64,000 bases of DNA from Strigamia acuminata (Eukaryota). The stretch spans positions 33,480,001 through 33,544,000 of the forward strand of contig OX442314.1 in the NCBI GenBank assembly GCA_949358305.1. Direction: 5' to 3'. This document shows positions 11,850-23,775 of this stretch, in pieces. The notes beneath the pieces are model-generated. The model was not told the origin of the DNA and did not search any database. It saw only the letters and a program-made list of their open reading frames with translations. The first letter of the stretch is position 1. The number at the start of each line of letters is the position of its first letter. Made by a program: the position numbers and the translations under genes.

Positions 11850-12870
11850 TTACCTTTCTAAGAATTTTCTCAGATTTTTTCAAATTTGTCAAAATATCTT
11901 TCTCAAATATTCCGAGTCCTTTTTAGTTTTCACCGGAGTTAAGAATGGTCCATTTTTCTGTTCTTTGGTTTTGACCATTTGTCCCGCCGAAAGCAAATAG
12001 ATACATCTCGTGGGCTACTAATCTAAATACTCTTCTAGGAGTTGTCATTAAATGGTATCCTCAAAGGCTAGCTGCATGCTTTCCGGCAGCATAAGTAAGG
12101 TCAGGTGATCTGCCCAATACTGTGAGATTCTCTTTTGTATTTGATCGACTCTGGTGGAACCGTTTGTGTTAATGTTGCAGATCTCTGAATAACGACTAAG
12201 GTTTCTTTCTGACAGGAATTTGGCTTTAAAGATGTCTGTTGCCTCCGGGGTATGAAAAATTATCTTATGTGCGGCTTCTATATAAAAAACAAGAAATATT
12301 GAATAATTAGGATTGTCATTTCTAATATTTTTTGTTAGTTAACGCAAAAAAATAGTATACCTTTTAATGATGTGTTGGCTGGCAGATTTTGCTGGCTTAT
12401 TTTGCTGGCCTTGATAACAACTCGATAGATTTCTTCCGGTGGGATCAACGAAAATAAAGTTGCTACAACACTGTTTTCAACGGCAACATTTTGAAATAGC
12501 CGTGTTTTTGTATGCTGGATGGCTGCACGCCATTTACTTGGTTACCAAGTTGCCAAGTGCACATTGTTGAGTGCACTGTGTGACGGTTATAGTAAAAAAA
12601 ATATTAATTAAATGAGAGAAATAAATTTTTTAATCTTAAAACAAGACTCAACAAACACATTTGCTAATTCGGGCAAAAAAATTTAAACACTTGAAAAGAA
12701 TGTTTTTGTGGTTACATTAATTACTTTGCCGAAATCAGGGCACTCCCTTGAGCAGGATTCCGCATTTGGGGCAAGTCGTCATACGCCTGCATGGCAGAAA
12801 GAGCAATCCTATTTCTTCTTTTTTGCAATTGCTGCATAGCACCATTTCCTTTAATGGCTCTTGGCTTGAA
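11850..12870 (-). pseudogene. Degenerate multi-exon relic with an IAP-type RING exon and a kelch exon
   Basis: 12864-12695: LCSNCKKEEIGLLFLPCRRMTTCPKCGILLK/ECP with a frameshift; ~12050-11930: TPRRVFRLVAHEMYLFAFGGTNG, paralogous to 6380-6540. Confidence 0.55.
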
Positions 12871-13524
12871 ATAATTTTTAAAAAAAAATTTATTATTTTT
12901 TTCAATTTGTAAAAAAATTAAATACCATATATCTTGTGACTAGATATGGTCCCGCCCAGGTGGTTGGGGATTTACCACATGGGATGGGACGCATATACCT
13001 CACGTAAGAACGATACAGCGACTAAAATTGTTGGGTTTTGGCCTTGTTTTAGTAACTTCATTATTCTATCCTCAAATTTCGTTGAATCTTTACTGATCTT
13101 ACTTAAGGACATTTGAAATACTTAAACGAATGTACATATAAGTTACTACTTATATACACTTACTTACTTACCGGTACTTACTTATATGTTGTAGTTTTTT
13201 AAACTTTGCTAGAACCACAAGTCTCGATGTGCTGCATGTGGTAACTCATCAATGAACTCTGACACTAGACTTTGTATCCCTGCATCGTGGATAAGTTTGC
13301 AAATGTTGGTGCAGTTTTATAATTTGGAAAAGAATTCTACTCATTCATCATTTTCATTCATAATCATCCAACAAACATACATGTCAATTTATTGTTGTTC
13401 TTACAATTCAATTCATTCATGGTTGCTACAATACAACCATTCATTACAACAACTGATTGTAAACCGAAATAACTCTAACACTCGCCCATATTAAATACTT
13501 AATACATTCATATGAAATTTACAA

Positions 13525-16500
13525 TTAGTTTTCATCCAAAACATTAACTAATCCGACTGCTTCACAAGCTTGCTTCAACTTTATTTCAGAAACCGCCTTG
13601 GTCATCATATCTGCTAGCATCCGGTCAGTTGGCAAATAAATCACGTTGTAAACTCCTTCATTTACGTCCTGTCTAATAAAAGCAACTCTCCTATTAAAGT
13701 GCTTTGTTCTTGCATGGTAACATGGATTCTTGGTCAAATCAATAGCTGGCTGGTTGTCACAGTAGATCACTATGGGTCTCCTTTCAGTCATCAACTTTAA
13801 ATCTTCAAGAACATTTTTGACCCACTTTATCTCCTTGGCAACCTCCACCAGGCCCGAGAACTCAGCTTCACAAGAGGACAAGCTGATTAAACTCTGCTTC
13901 TTTGCTTGCCATGTAATCGCTGTCCCATTCAATGTAGTAATGAATCCTGCGAACGATTTTGCGTCCGCATTGCAAGCGTTCCAGGAAGAGTCTGTATACC
14001 CAATCAGATCTTGACCAGAACTTGTGTAACTCAACCGATAATTCACGGTTCCGATCAAGTACCGTAGTATTCTCTTCGCAGCAATCCAATGGGCCTCCTT
14101 GGGGTCATTCAGCCACTGTGAGAGAAAAGATACCGGAAACGCAATGTCAGGGCGTGTGCCCTGAGCAAGGTAAAGTAAGGCGCCGATCAGTTCTCTATAC
14201 GGCTTATCGCTTGCTGATGGTCCCAAGGGGTAATCCGGAGCATCTAACTTTTGTGACACTTCCATTGGAACCTTCACAGTCCTCGCTTGGTCTAAACCAA
14301 ACTTAATTGCTAACTCCAGAATATATTTGGATTGATCCAAGGTGATTTGATTTTTCTTCATATTTTGAATTATTCTTATGCCTAATAAACTCTTTATCTC
14401 GCCCAAATCTATCACCTTGATGCGTCGTCGTATCTTGGCCATTAATTGATCTAATAGTTCACTATTGTTGTCCAAGGTCACTAAATCGTCCACATATGTC
14501 GCCATAATTATTGTTGACCCTCCATGTCTGTAAATATAAACACATTGTTCAGTGGGATGCTTAAAGAAACCAACTTTCAAAAGTTCTTCTAATGTTTTGT
14601 GCCAGGCACGACCTGCCTGTGGCAGCCCATATATTGCCTTTTGTAATAGGCAAACCTTATCACCAAATACTTCCATTCCTTTTGGTAACTCCATATAAAC
14701 CGTCTGTCCCAGCTTTGCATGAAGGTAAGCAGTCTCTACGTCGTGATGCTTGACTCGAAAATGGTACATCACTGCCAATGCCATCAAAATTCTTATTGTC
14801 GCAAGTCTGACCACCGGAGAGAAAGACTCATCGTAGTCGACACCCTTATAAATATTATAACCTTGTGCTACCAAACGCGCTTTGTAGCGTGTTACTTGTC
14901 CTTGCTGGTTGGTTTTCACTGAATAAATCCAACGTGATCCAACCACCTTGGCATCTTTGGGTCGGTCCACTACATCCCAGGTGTGTTGTTGGGCATGGGA
15001 TTGGATTTCTCTCTCCATTGCCCGCTGCCACTGGGTAGATTGGTCAGACTCCATGGCTTGCTTGTAAGTCTTCGGTATTAATATACCTTTCTCTTCAGCA
15101 ATTTTCGCCTCATTTATTAAATTTGAAACGTCAGGGTCCGGGCTTGTCTGTCCACCTCGTCTTTGTCTTGGTCTTTGCCCTGGGTCATATGGGACATATC
15201 GGTCCGGGGGCCTCCTCGTCCTTAACGGGTAACGGCGCTCCGGTTTGATTTGACCCGTCCTGGTGGGCATCCTGTATTCTGGTCGGCCCGGAACCTCGTC
15301 ATAAACTACTGGAACTTGATCTGTTCCATGTAGTTCCTCTTCGTCCAATGTTCGACCGGTCAGCGATTGCGGCTGCTTTTCTGTTTTGAGCAATGTCGAT
15401 CCTCTCAGTTCCTCGTTGAATTTGACGTCCCTTGCAACAAAATATTTGCCTTTGGCTGGATCAAAAAACTTCCAACCTGCTACTTGAAACGGGTATCCCA
15501 GGAAAATGGCTTTTCGGGCTGTTGGGTCTAGCTTGTAGCGGTTCTGTTTGGGTATCCACGTGTAAGCTACGCATCCGAAGATCCTCATATTGCTTACATC
15601 TGGCTTATGCCCTGTTAGCCTTTCAATCGGTGTTTCAACGTCAAATCTCCGCATTTTCGATCTATTACACGCGTAGCTAGCTGTCTCAACTGCATCCTGC
15701 CAGAACCGCATCGGTAGTCCTGAATCCAACAAGAGAGTCCTTGCCGCGTTCAGTAACTTCCGGTTGGCTCTTTCTGCGACGCCATTTTGGGAAGGGCTCC
15801 ATGGGACTGTTAATTGGTGGTGAACACCACGCTTGGCCAATAAAGTTTTAAACCTTTCGTTTAAAAACTCGGTCTCGTTATCACTACGCAACCGCTTAAG
15901 TTTACCGCCAAACTTATTTTCAAACATGATTAGAAAATTTTCAAATTCACCTACGGTTTGTGATTTCTCCTTCAGAAATCTCGTGAAAATCGCTCTTGAA
16001 AAATCATCGACGATTGTGAATATGTATCTACTCCCTAATGTCGATGCAGTACGGAAGGGGCCACACAAGTCAACGTGGAGCATCTCGAATGGCTTAGTTG
16101 CAGTAATATTATTCATAGGCTTGAAAGGGGCCCTGATCTTCTTGGCCAATGCGCATTTATCGCATATTTCGGGTATTTTGGCATCCTTTAAATGCATCCC
16201 CTTTACCATATCTCTGCTCCAAAGTTCTTTTAAGGAGCGGTAGCCCAAGTGAGCCATCCGTCTATGCCAAGTGACCAGTGGTAATCGCCCAGAAGATGTC
16301 TGTATGCGACCAGTAGGCCTGTGCGCCGAGTCGGCTGAGCTGACTCGGCTCGGCGGCTGGTCGGCTGGACCCCAGCCGCCGCCGCCGTGTGGCGACAATT
16401 TACAACTAATTACAAGCCGCCGCCGCCGCTGATTTGCCGGCGTCGAACGGCTGAATTTTTTTTTTTTTTTTTTTTTTTTTTTCAGATGATTTTATCGCAA

Positions 16501-18139
16501 GTTTTTATTTTTTTCTTGTTAATTTTTTTTAATTTTTTTTTTGGAGAGTTTTTTGGTTTTTTTGTTGATTTTACACCGAAAATTTCGGCTTAGCCGATCA
16601 GCCGGCTAGCCGCCGACCCCTGCGAACGAGCCGGGTTCGAGCCGCCGCCACCTCGTGGCGACCAGCCGAATCAAGCCGCCGCCGAAAAATTGCGCTCGGC
16701 GCACAGGTCTAGCGACCAGGGTGGGCCAATGATGACATTCCTATGTTCATTCTCCGTGGTCCACTCATCTCATTCGAGGTGCTGTTGACTTGAAATAAAC
16801 CATTGACCTTCCGTGCTTGAAACACTTTTATCCCATCTGACGTTTTGACTTCACAAATTCCATCGCCAAAACATACTTGAAATCCTAGGTCAATAATTCT
16901 TCCGACTGATAATAGGTTAGTCTTCAGTGAAGGCACCAAATTCACGTTGTCCAAACGTATCAACTTTTTCTCGCTGCCCAATGATGTGGTCAGCAAGACT
17001 GTGCCATATCCGGTTGAATGCACTTTTCGTCCGTCCGCCAAAAAAATATCTTTACCTTGACTCATATTCAGGTAATTAAAACACTCAGCATTGTTTGCCA
17101 TATGGGATGAGGCTCCCGAGTCCATGAACCAAATGTTCGAATCCCATTTTGTCTTTGTAACTTCAAAATTATTTCTATTCGTCGACATGGCATAATCGAC
17201 CACGTAATCGAGGTCAGACAGTTCCCTGCTGGCTCCATTTGACTCCTGTGTTACTAAATTCGCACCTTGATTGCGTGCACGTCCAATACCCCGATTAAAA
17301 CCACGTGCTCTGCCACGTCCTCGTCCTCGAAAATCGGCCACAGCAGCAGGATCCACTGGTTGTCGGCATTCAGCATACCGGTGGCCAATGCGGCCGCAAT
17401 TCCAGCACTTTGGGCCACCCCTGCCGCCGAATCCCCGACTTCCGCTCGCAACTGCCATTGGACGCCGTCCATTGCCTCTACTGGCACCTCTCGTCCACGT
17501 GGCGCTTTCGATCCGCGCTTCCACCGTCGTTTCGATACCGTTCTTCCGAATCTCGGCGGCCAACAGTGCACGGCGGAGCGTGAGTAATTTTAATGTGCTC
17601 GTTCCAGCCACGTCGCAGCTTGTCATCACGTTTGCATAATCAGCGCTTAATCCGCGTAAGATGTGTGCGCACAGTTCATGTTCCTCAATTATGACGCCTA
17701 TTGAACTCAATTCCTCCCGAATTGACACCATTTTGTCCAAATATGTCGCAATAGTTTCGCCTTGCTTCATAACCATGTGTCCCAATTCGACCCTTTTCTG
17801 CACTTTTAACTCAGCCAAATCGCCTTGGTTTTCAGTCTTCAATGCTGTCCAGGTCTCCTTGGCTGTATCCTTATTCAATACGTGTCTCAATTGTGCTGAA
17901 TCAATTGTCTGCAGGATTAAGTTCAATGCCTCAATGTCATTCAAATTCCATTTATCTTGCCTTGCTTTAAAATCCACGTCGCTCTCGCCCAGCGTTTTAA
18001 TCGGTTGGTCATCTTTAATGACCGTCCAGACATCCTTTGCTCTAAGCAATGTCCTCACGCGGTACTCCCACGACGGATAGTTCTTCCCGTTCAGCTTCTC
18101 GACGTACGTGACCGACTGCACATCTGATTTTGTCGCCAT
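13525..18139 (-). pseudogene. Copia gag-pol polyprotein interrupted by a MITE (~1402 aa once the MITE is removed)
   Basis: KLNGKNY; CWNCGRIGHRYAEC; WFMDSGASSH; WHRRMAH...CDKC; HVDLCGP; RYKARLVAQG; YVDDL; YTDS; ADMMTK. Confidence 0.92.
16314..16711. mobile_element. hAT-type MITE, 398 bp
   Basis: TIRs TAGGCCTGTGCGCCGAG / CTCGGCGCACAGGTCTA; exact 8-bp TSD GCGACCAG (16306-16313, 16712-16719); GCCG-rich subterminal repeats around a T-rich core. Confidence 0.95.
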
Positions 18140-20434
18140 TTCCGAACGTGAGTGCGCTGGTCTACCAGAGCCAGAATAGAAGCATGTTGACTAGTTGGTA
18201 TCCCAATCTTCTCTGCTCTATCTTGCTTAATTCATTTAGCAAGTAAACTATAAGTTTTAGATTGCAATTAATGATCCCCCTGACGTAACGATTCCCCCCC
18301 CCCGAAAATATATGTTTGGCCTCCCAAATAAAACTAAAAAGAAAAATCTACTTAGGTCCCCAAAAAACTGATTCCCCCCCCCCCACAAACAGAAATATCA
18401 AAAATCACTCAATTACCCCCCAAAATAAGCATAATACGGGGCAGTTATTGCACTACAAGTGCCTTTTTAGCCTTAGACGGCCTGCCACGTTTTGTCTCAA
18501 GCGGAACAGAGTATAGCTTCTCACCAATTGCTATACCTAAAGTGTGTTTACACAAGTAGGTCTTAAAAAAATTAGACATGTGCAAGTCCCTTTGTTCCAT
18601 TTGTTATTTTCTATGATAACAAGCCATAAACTATTCTTCGACTGTGTGTAGGTATTGAAGTGGCGCCAATTTTTAAGGTTAACCTTATGACGGTTTATAA
18701 GTGCTATTTATTAATAACACGGATGAATTTTAGTAGTTTTCGGCGAAACCCGCATTTGTCAATGCTCCAAGTCGCCACTAGATGGCGCGATTACGTTTAG
18801 CGGTAAATTCGAATCGCGAGTTGAGAAACTAGTAAAATAAATATAAGAATATATTTATTTGTATGAAACAAACACTTTATTAAGATTAATATAAATATAT
18901 ATTAATGATTATTGTTCACATTAAGTGATTGGAATCTCTAGTTCAGCAGAAATGGAGATTTGGTAATCCATCGATCAACCGATCGATGTGATTGGTGGAT
19001 CCATTTCCGGTCCTGGGTATCCAGTTCCGGTTGTGGTGTGAATTAGCATATTGCTCCTCCGTATCCACTTCCGGTGATACGGGATTGGAGGGATTCGTGG
19101 AACCCATGTTCCAATTGGTTGACTGGATTAATCCTTAATCCAGCCAGGTGATATAAACCCAAACAACCGGCAATTCAGCAGCACTGTTTGATTATTTCTG
19201 TTTGGTATTGTTACTTAAGAAATATGATTCGTTGTTCACGTAAAAAACCTTTTGGTTCTTTGTTGATTTATTCGCAAAGAACCGCGGCATGATTCTACCG
19301 AATCATGCAACCACCGGCAATTGAAGCCGACGTATTGGATTGTTATGTTGCATACATGTTTCAATTTACGGTCTCGCCGAGGAGAACTTGCCTTCTGTGC
19401 AATTCAGTATCCTCCGGGCAGGACTGAGTGGTCATTTTCGGTATGAACGCATTTCGTAACCGGGAGTAAGCACCGGGACTGTTGAGAGTTGGTTCCTTCA
19501 CCTGATGGTGCCAAAGCAGTCTGTTTCACAGTAACCACGAGTAGCACCAAGTGTTTGGCAAACTGATTCTCATGGTATTCGGTGCCAAAGCAGTCGTCTT
19601 GTCATTAGTACCGCGAAGGACTAAACTGCTGTGCGGAGCCGCGAGCTATCGACTCCTGTGCACGTGATACCGTCAATCGCTAGACGAACGATCGTGTTGC
19701 GGCGCAGGGGACGCTTGATACCGTTCTGCATGGCAGGGCGTTTTCTATCGACGGCAATTGTGTGTTGCGACGGGAAGCCTAACATTTATCCTTTACAGTT
19801 ACGACAGAACAATATTAACTTGGCAACAAGTTACTCAATCAAGTCGGGAGACTTAAAAGACACGAATACATTGAACTCAATGTGACGAATAAGTTGTCGG
19901 CAACTTATCGACGAAATATCCAGTAGAAAAACTCACAACACTTATGAATTAAATATAATTCATAATCGAAATATTGATAAGTAAATGAACACATTTACTT
20001 ACACCAATATCCAACCTCAGTTGTGGCGGTGCAGACAAAGTCAACCGCAAGGCTCAGATCATTCGATTTATCGACGTGCGATAATTTACACAAGCGAACC
20101 AAGGACCCAGCGAAGCCGTATCGAACTCCAGGATGCAGCCATCCGGCTTAGACGACATCTATAATCAGGTCGAGCGATGGGGAAACCGCTCCCATCTTCC
20201 AGACACGTAATGGCATTGTTTTAGGGCCAGTCGGTCATTTCTTTGTATAGTTTAATAAGTTGATTTAACGTGCCAAATGTCGGCATTAGTCCCATGTATA
20301 ATTTAGCTCATTTCATATTGTTTGCCAACAATAAACTGTCTTGTGTTTATCTCGTATTGTATTCACTGTTTATTTATTGCGATCTCTTCCCGGTACCATT
20401 GTTAAATGGGAGTTGTGGTCGTCACCGTCACACG

Positions 20435-20453
20435 TGGAGGTCCCACCGAGATT
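20435..20453 (+). other. Primer binding site, tRNA-Gln
   Basis: TGGAGGTCCCACCGAGATT is complementary to the metazoan tRNA-Gln 3' end; 2 nt after the LTR-terminal CA. Confidence 0.85.
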
Positions 20454-21438
20454 AGGTTGCAATTAAATTCGATTGAATTGCAACAGTGAATATTGGAGAT
20501 AAATATTTAACTAAAAAAATTTAGTTAAAAATAGACAGATTAGATTTTCAGTTTATATTTCCATGTGAAGAAGTTAAACTGATGAAATAGAAATATGTAG
20601 CAGATTTTCCTTCACTATTTTCGTTCGAAGATTTAAGGGATTTCAAAGACTACCACCTGATCTCACCGAGATAGGTTGCAATTAATTCGATTGAATTGTA
20701 AAAATAAATGTTTGAGATATTTAAAGACAAAAACTTTACAATAAAGTTTACTATTACACATACATTTAGTTTTCTCGAAGAAAATGAATAAATACAATTC
20801 TGCCCGAAAAGAATTACAACGAGATTCGTAAATCTATCACATGATAAGTGAGATAGGTTTATTCGTAGCGTTAAAAGTTTTAGAATTCAGAGAATTTAAA
20901 AATAAAACAAGGATTCGAAAAATAATTATATTTCGGATATCTGCTTTATTCTGAAAGAAATAAAAAGTTCAACGAATATATGGAATTTCGAAGTAAATCC
21001 CATATTAAGGAGAAAATTATAATAAATTGAAAACAATTAACAAAGATTGATTAAAAAAAGTAAATTTATTTTATTTTTCGTGAATTATACAATTTTGGGA
21101 ATATTTACAAATAATCTCTCGAAGGAATTTTATTTTTATCGGTAAAAAACTAAAAAGTCGAAGAGAACGGACTTAGTAGAGAACGGATAACGAAAAAGAT
21201 ACGTTCGTTATATAATCATTTGATAACGAACCAGCCAATCAGGAACTAGGAGATCTAAGGATCCCCAGCCCCCTACTATTAAAGGAGAGCCAGATCAGAC
21301 TGAGATCATTCGCTTCCAGACCAGACCAGCAGACGTGTTTCAGTAACCATCCTGACCGCGCCTTCCGATTCCAGTTACGATTCGAAGTTTCCACCGCTAA
21401 AATTAGTAAAACGACCGATTCAATTATATTGTTATAAA

Positions 21439-23775
21439 ATGGATCCAAACAACCTTCCTAACGAAGGGAAAGTGGCCGAAGAAAAAGCCACAGAAGAAGT
21501 ATCTAGCTTGAATTCAAGTTATGTAAAACTTTGTGATCAAACGGAAATGATTCCCGATGAACTCACACAGTTTTGTATGCATTATGAACTGGATAGAACA
21601 CAGTTCAAAACCATAATCGAAGCTTCTGAATTTGTGACGAAGCGGGCGTTACGTAACATACGTATTAACCCCACTCCGGAAAAATGAGCACAACTTTCCA
21701 AAGAAAGTTTGGCGGATCATAATTCCGTTACAAACCCAATACCTTCGCCGAAGGATCTTCCCGAAGAAACGAGGTCACGATCAAAAACCCCGCAACGAAA
21801 GTTGGGAGATCAAGCAAGAGTTAAAACTCCGTCAGTTCGAAATCAAGATATTCGAGAGTTATTTCGAACATCAAGCAAGGAATCACTTGATCAATCCAGC
21901 TTGGGAAATAGAACTCCTCACTCCCGTAACGCCAGTTGTCCCAATACTCCAAGTATTTCGGAGACAGGAGGATCCAATTTTTCAACTTTTCAACCTGAAA
22001 ATGCTAAAAAGCAACCCAATCCGCATATTTATACGGAGAATGGGACGAGACATTTTGCGAAACAAACCCCTAAAGGGCGAGGAAACAAGTCCGCAATTCG
22101 ACGGAAATTATCTCCATTACCATCACCCGTCTTAACTCAAACTCGTCAAGAACAATTGAGATTAGACGAAGTAGAAAAGGAGCGACTTCGGCAAGAAGCC
22201 ATTATTCAAAAGAAGTTTAACGACGAAAAAATTCGTCAAGATATGCTTAACAAAGAAGTTGCCAAACAAAATGAAGCTCGTAAGAAAATAGACGAGGAGA
22301 ATAAAATCCAAATCGATCAATTACGAGCCCAATGGCAGCAAGAACACGATGACGAGTTCAAAAAACAACAAGATGAACTCGATAAGGAATGGGATAAAGT
22401 GACGAGGGTTGAAGACACCCAACGTGCACGAGAAAAATCTCTACCAAGAAATACCCGACCAAAACTCGCGGTATCCAATTGTGCCGGTCGTGGTAGCGAG
22501 CCCCGAGACCAGACAAACCCGTCACGAGCATCTACCGATGACATTCCTAGTTCACACTCATCTACAGGAAGCTCTACCGAAGCTAGACCTCCCTCTGAAG
22601 GAACTAGTATTTCGTTTGAACATATTTTACAAATGCAACAAAATATGGCCACCCAATTTCAACAACAGTTAGATATCCGATTGAATGCTTTCGTACAAAC
22701 ACAGCAACCCGCTGGGCCTCAACGATCAAATAATCCAGGACCCAGTAAAGTCTTTTTCAAGGGACAAGACCTTCCAGTTTTCGACGGAAAACAGGAGGAA
22801 ATAGATAAATTTTTATCAGTGGCTAAAACAGTAGCTATTTCCAAGGGACTGACCCTGGACGAGATGGTTAATCAAGGTATTCCAACCTACTTGTCAGGAT
22901 TGGCCCAACAATGGTATGACGAGAATAAAACTAAGTTTACCAATTGGAAAACCTTCGTAGAATTATTTCGTGAAGAATTCGACATGATTCCAACTACTCG
23001 ACTCCGAAATTTACGAAAAGTAATCCAAGGAGATGATGAACCTTTATATGAATTTCTAGTCAGATTTACTAAAGCCCAAGGATCGTACTCCGAAAGAGGA
23101 AATGTTGCCACGCTCTTCGACAACTTGAACTGGACAAGTTACAATAGATTAATCGATAGAAATCTGTACAGAAGCGATTCGGTAGACAAAATCTTTCAAT
23201 TCGTACGAATGAATAGAGCTCTCTTTGAACCCCAAAGAATTCGTACAGAGAATTCCAAAGAAATTGATAAAGTGGTATCTAACAACCAAAAGTATTCTAA
23301 AGATACCAAAAATACGAGACCTTCCGCTCGATCCACCCAAATGATGGAGATAGAGCCGGAAGAAGAAACGACTGAAGTCAACGACTTGACAGAAAATAAC
23401 GTATCAATGGATAGTTTATTATGTGCCATGTCAGAAAATCAGACAGGGAAATGTTTTCATTGTAAACAACCAGGTCATTTCAAAAGAGAATGTCCTCTGC
23501 TTCCAAAGCGAAAATTTAGTAATAATTTCCCTGGAAATAATAATTCCAATAACAATAGCACTAATCAGCAGCCGAACGAATTTAAGCGACCACGCCAAAA
23601 TTGGGTAACTGCCGAGGCTATTGATCAAAAAATGGAAGAATTAAAAACTGATATGCATAATAATATGCAAACTACGATAACTAAGACAGTGTCGGATCTG
23701 TTTAGTAAATTCTTAGATCCTAAGGATGCGACTACGGCACCAATTACTGAAACCCCACCGGTTCCAAAAAACTAG
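21439..23775 (+). CDS. Gypsy Gag with one in-frame TGA at 21685-21687
   Basis: The 82-aa and 688-aa ORFs share a frame; capsid-like LPVFDG...LSGLAQQWY...W.TF...F; knuckle CFHCKQPGHFKREC. Confidence 0.85.

Larger units (their letters stand above)
13187..18170 (-). mobile_element. Ty1/copia LTR retrotransposon; 3' LTR 13187-13480; no matching 5' LTR found
   Basis: Domain order gag-PR-INT-RT-RNaseH; 294 bp LTR TGTTAGAG...CTACAACA with AATAAA, preceded by purine-rich ATGGGCGAG. Confidence 0.92.

Noticed and set aside
12930..13080. BIR domain upstream of the IAP-type RING
   Set aside because: No convincing Cys/His ligand pattern in the frames examined
18155..18167. TGGTAGACCAGCG as the copia PBS
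   Set aside because: No LTR next to it and no confident tRNA match
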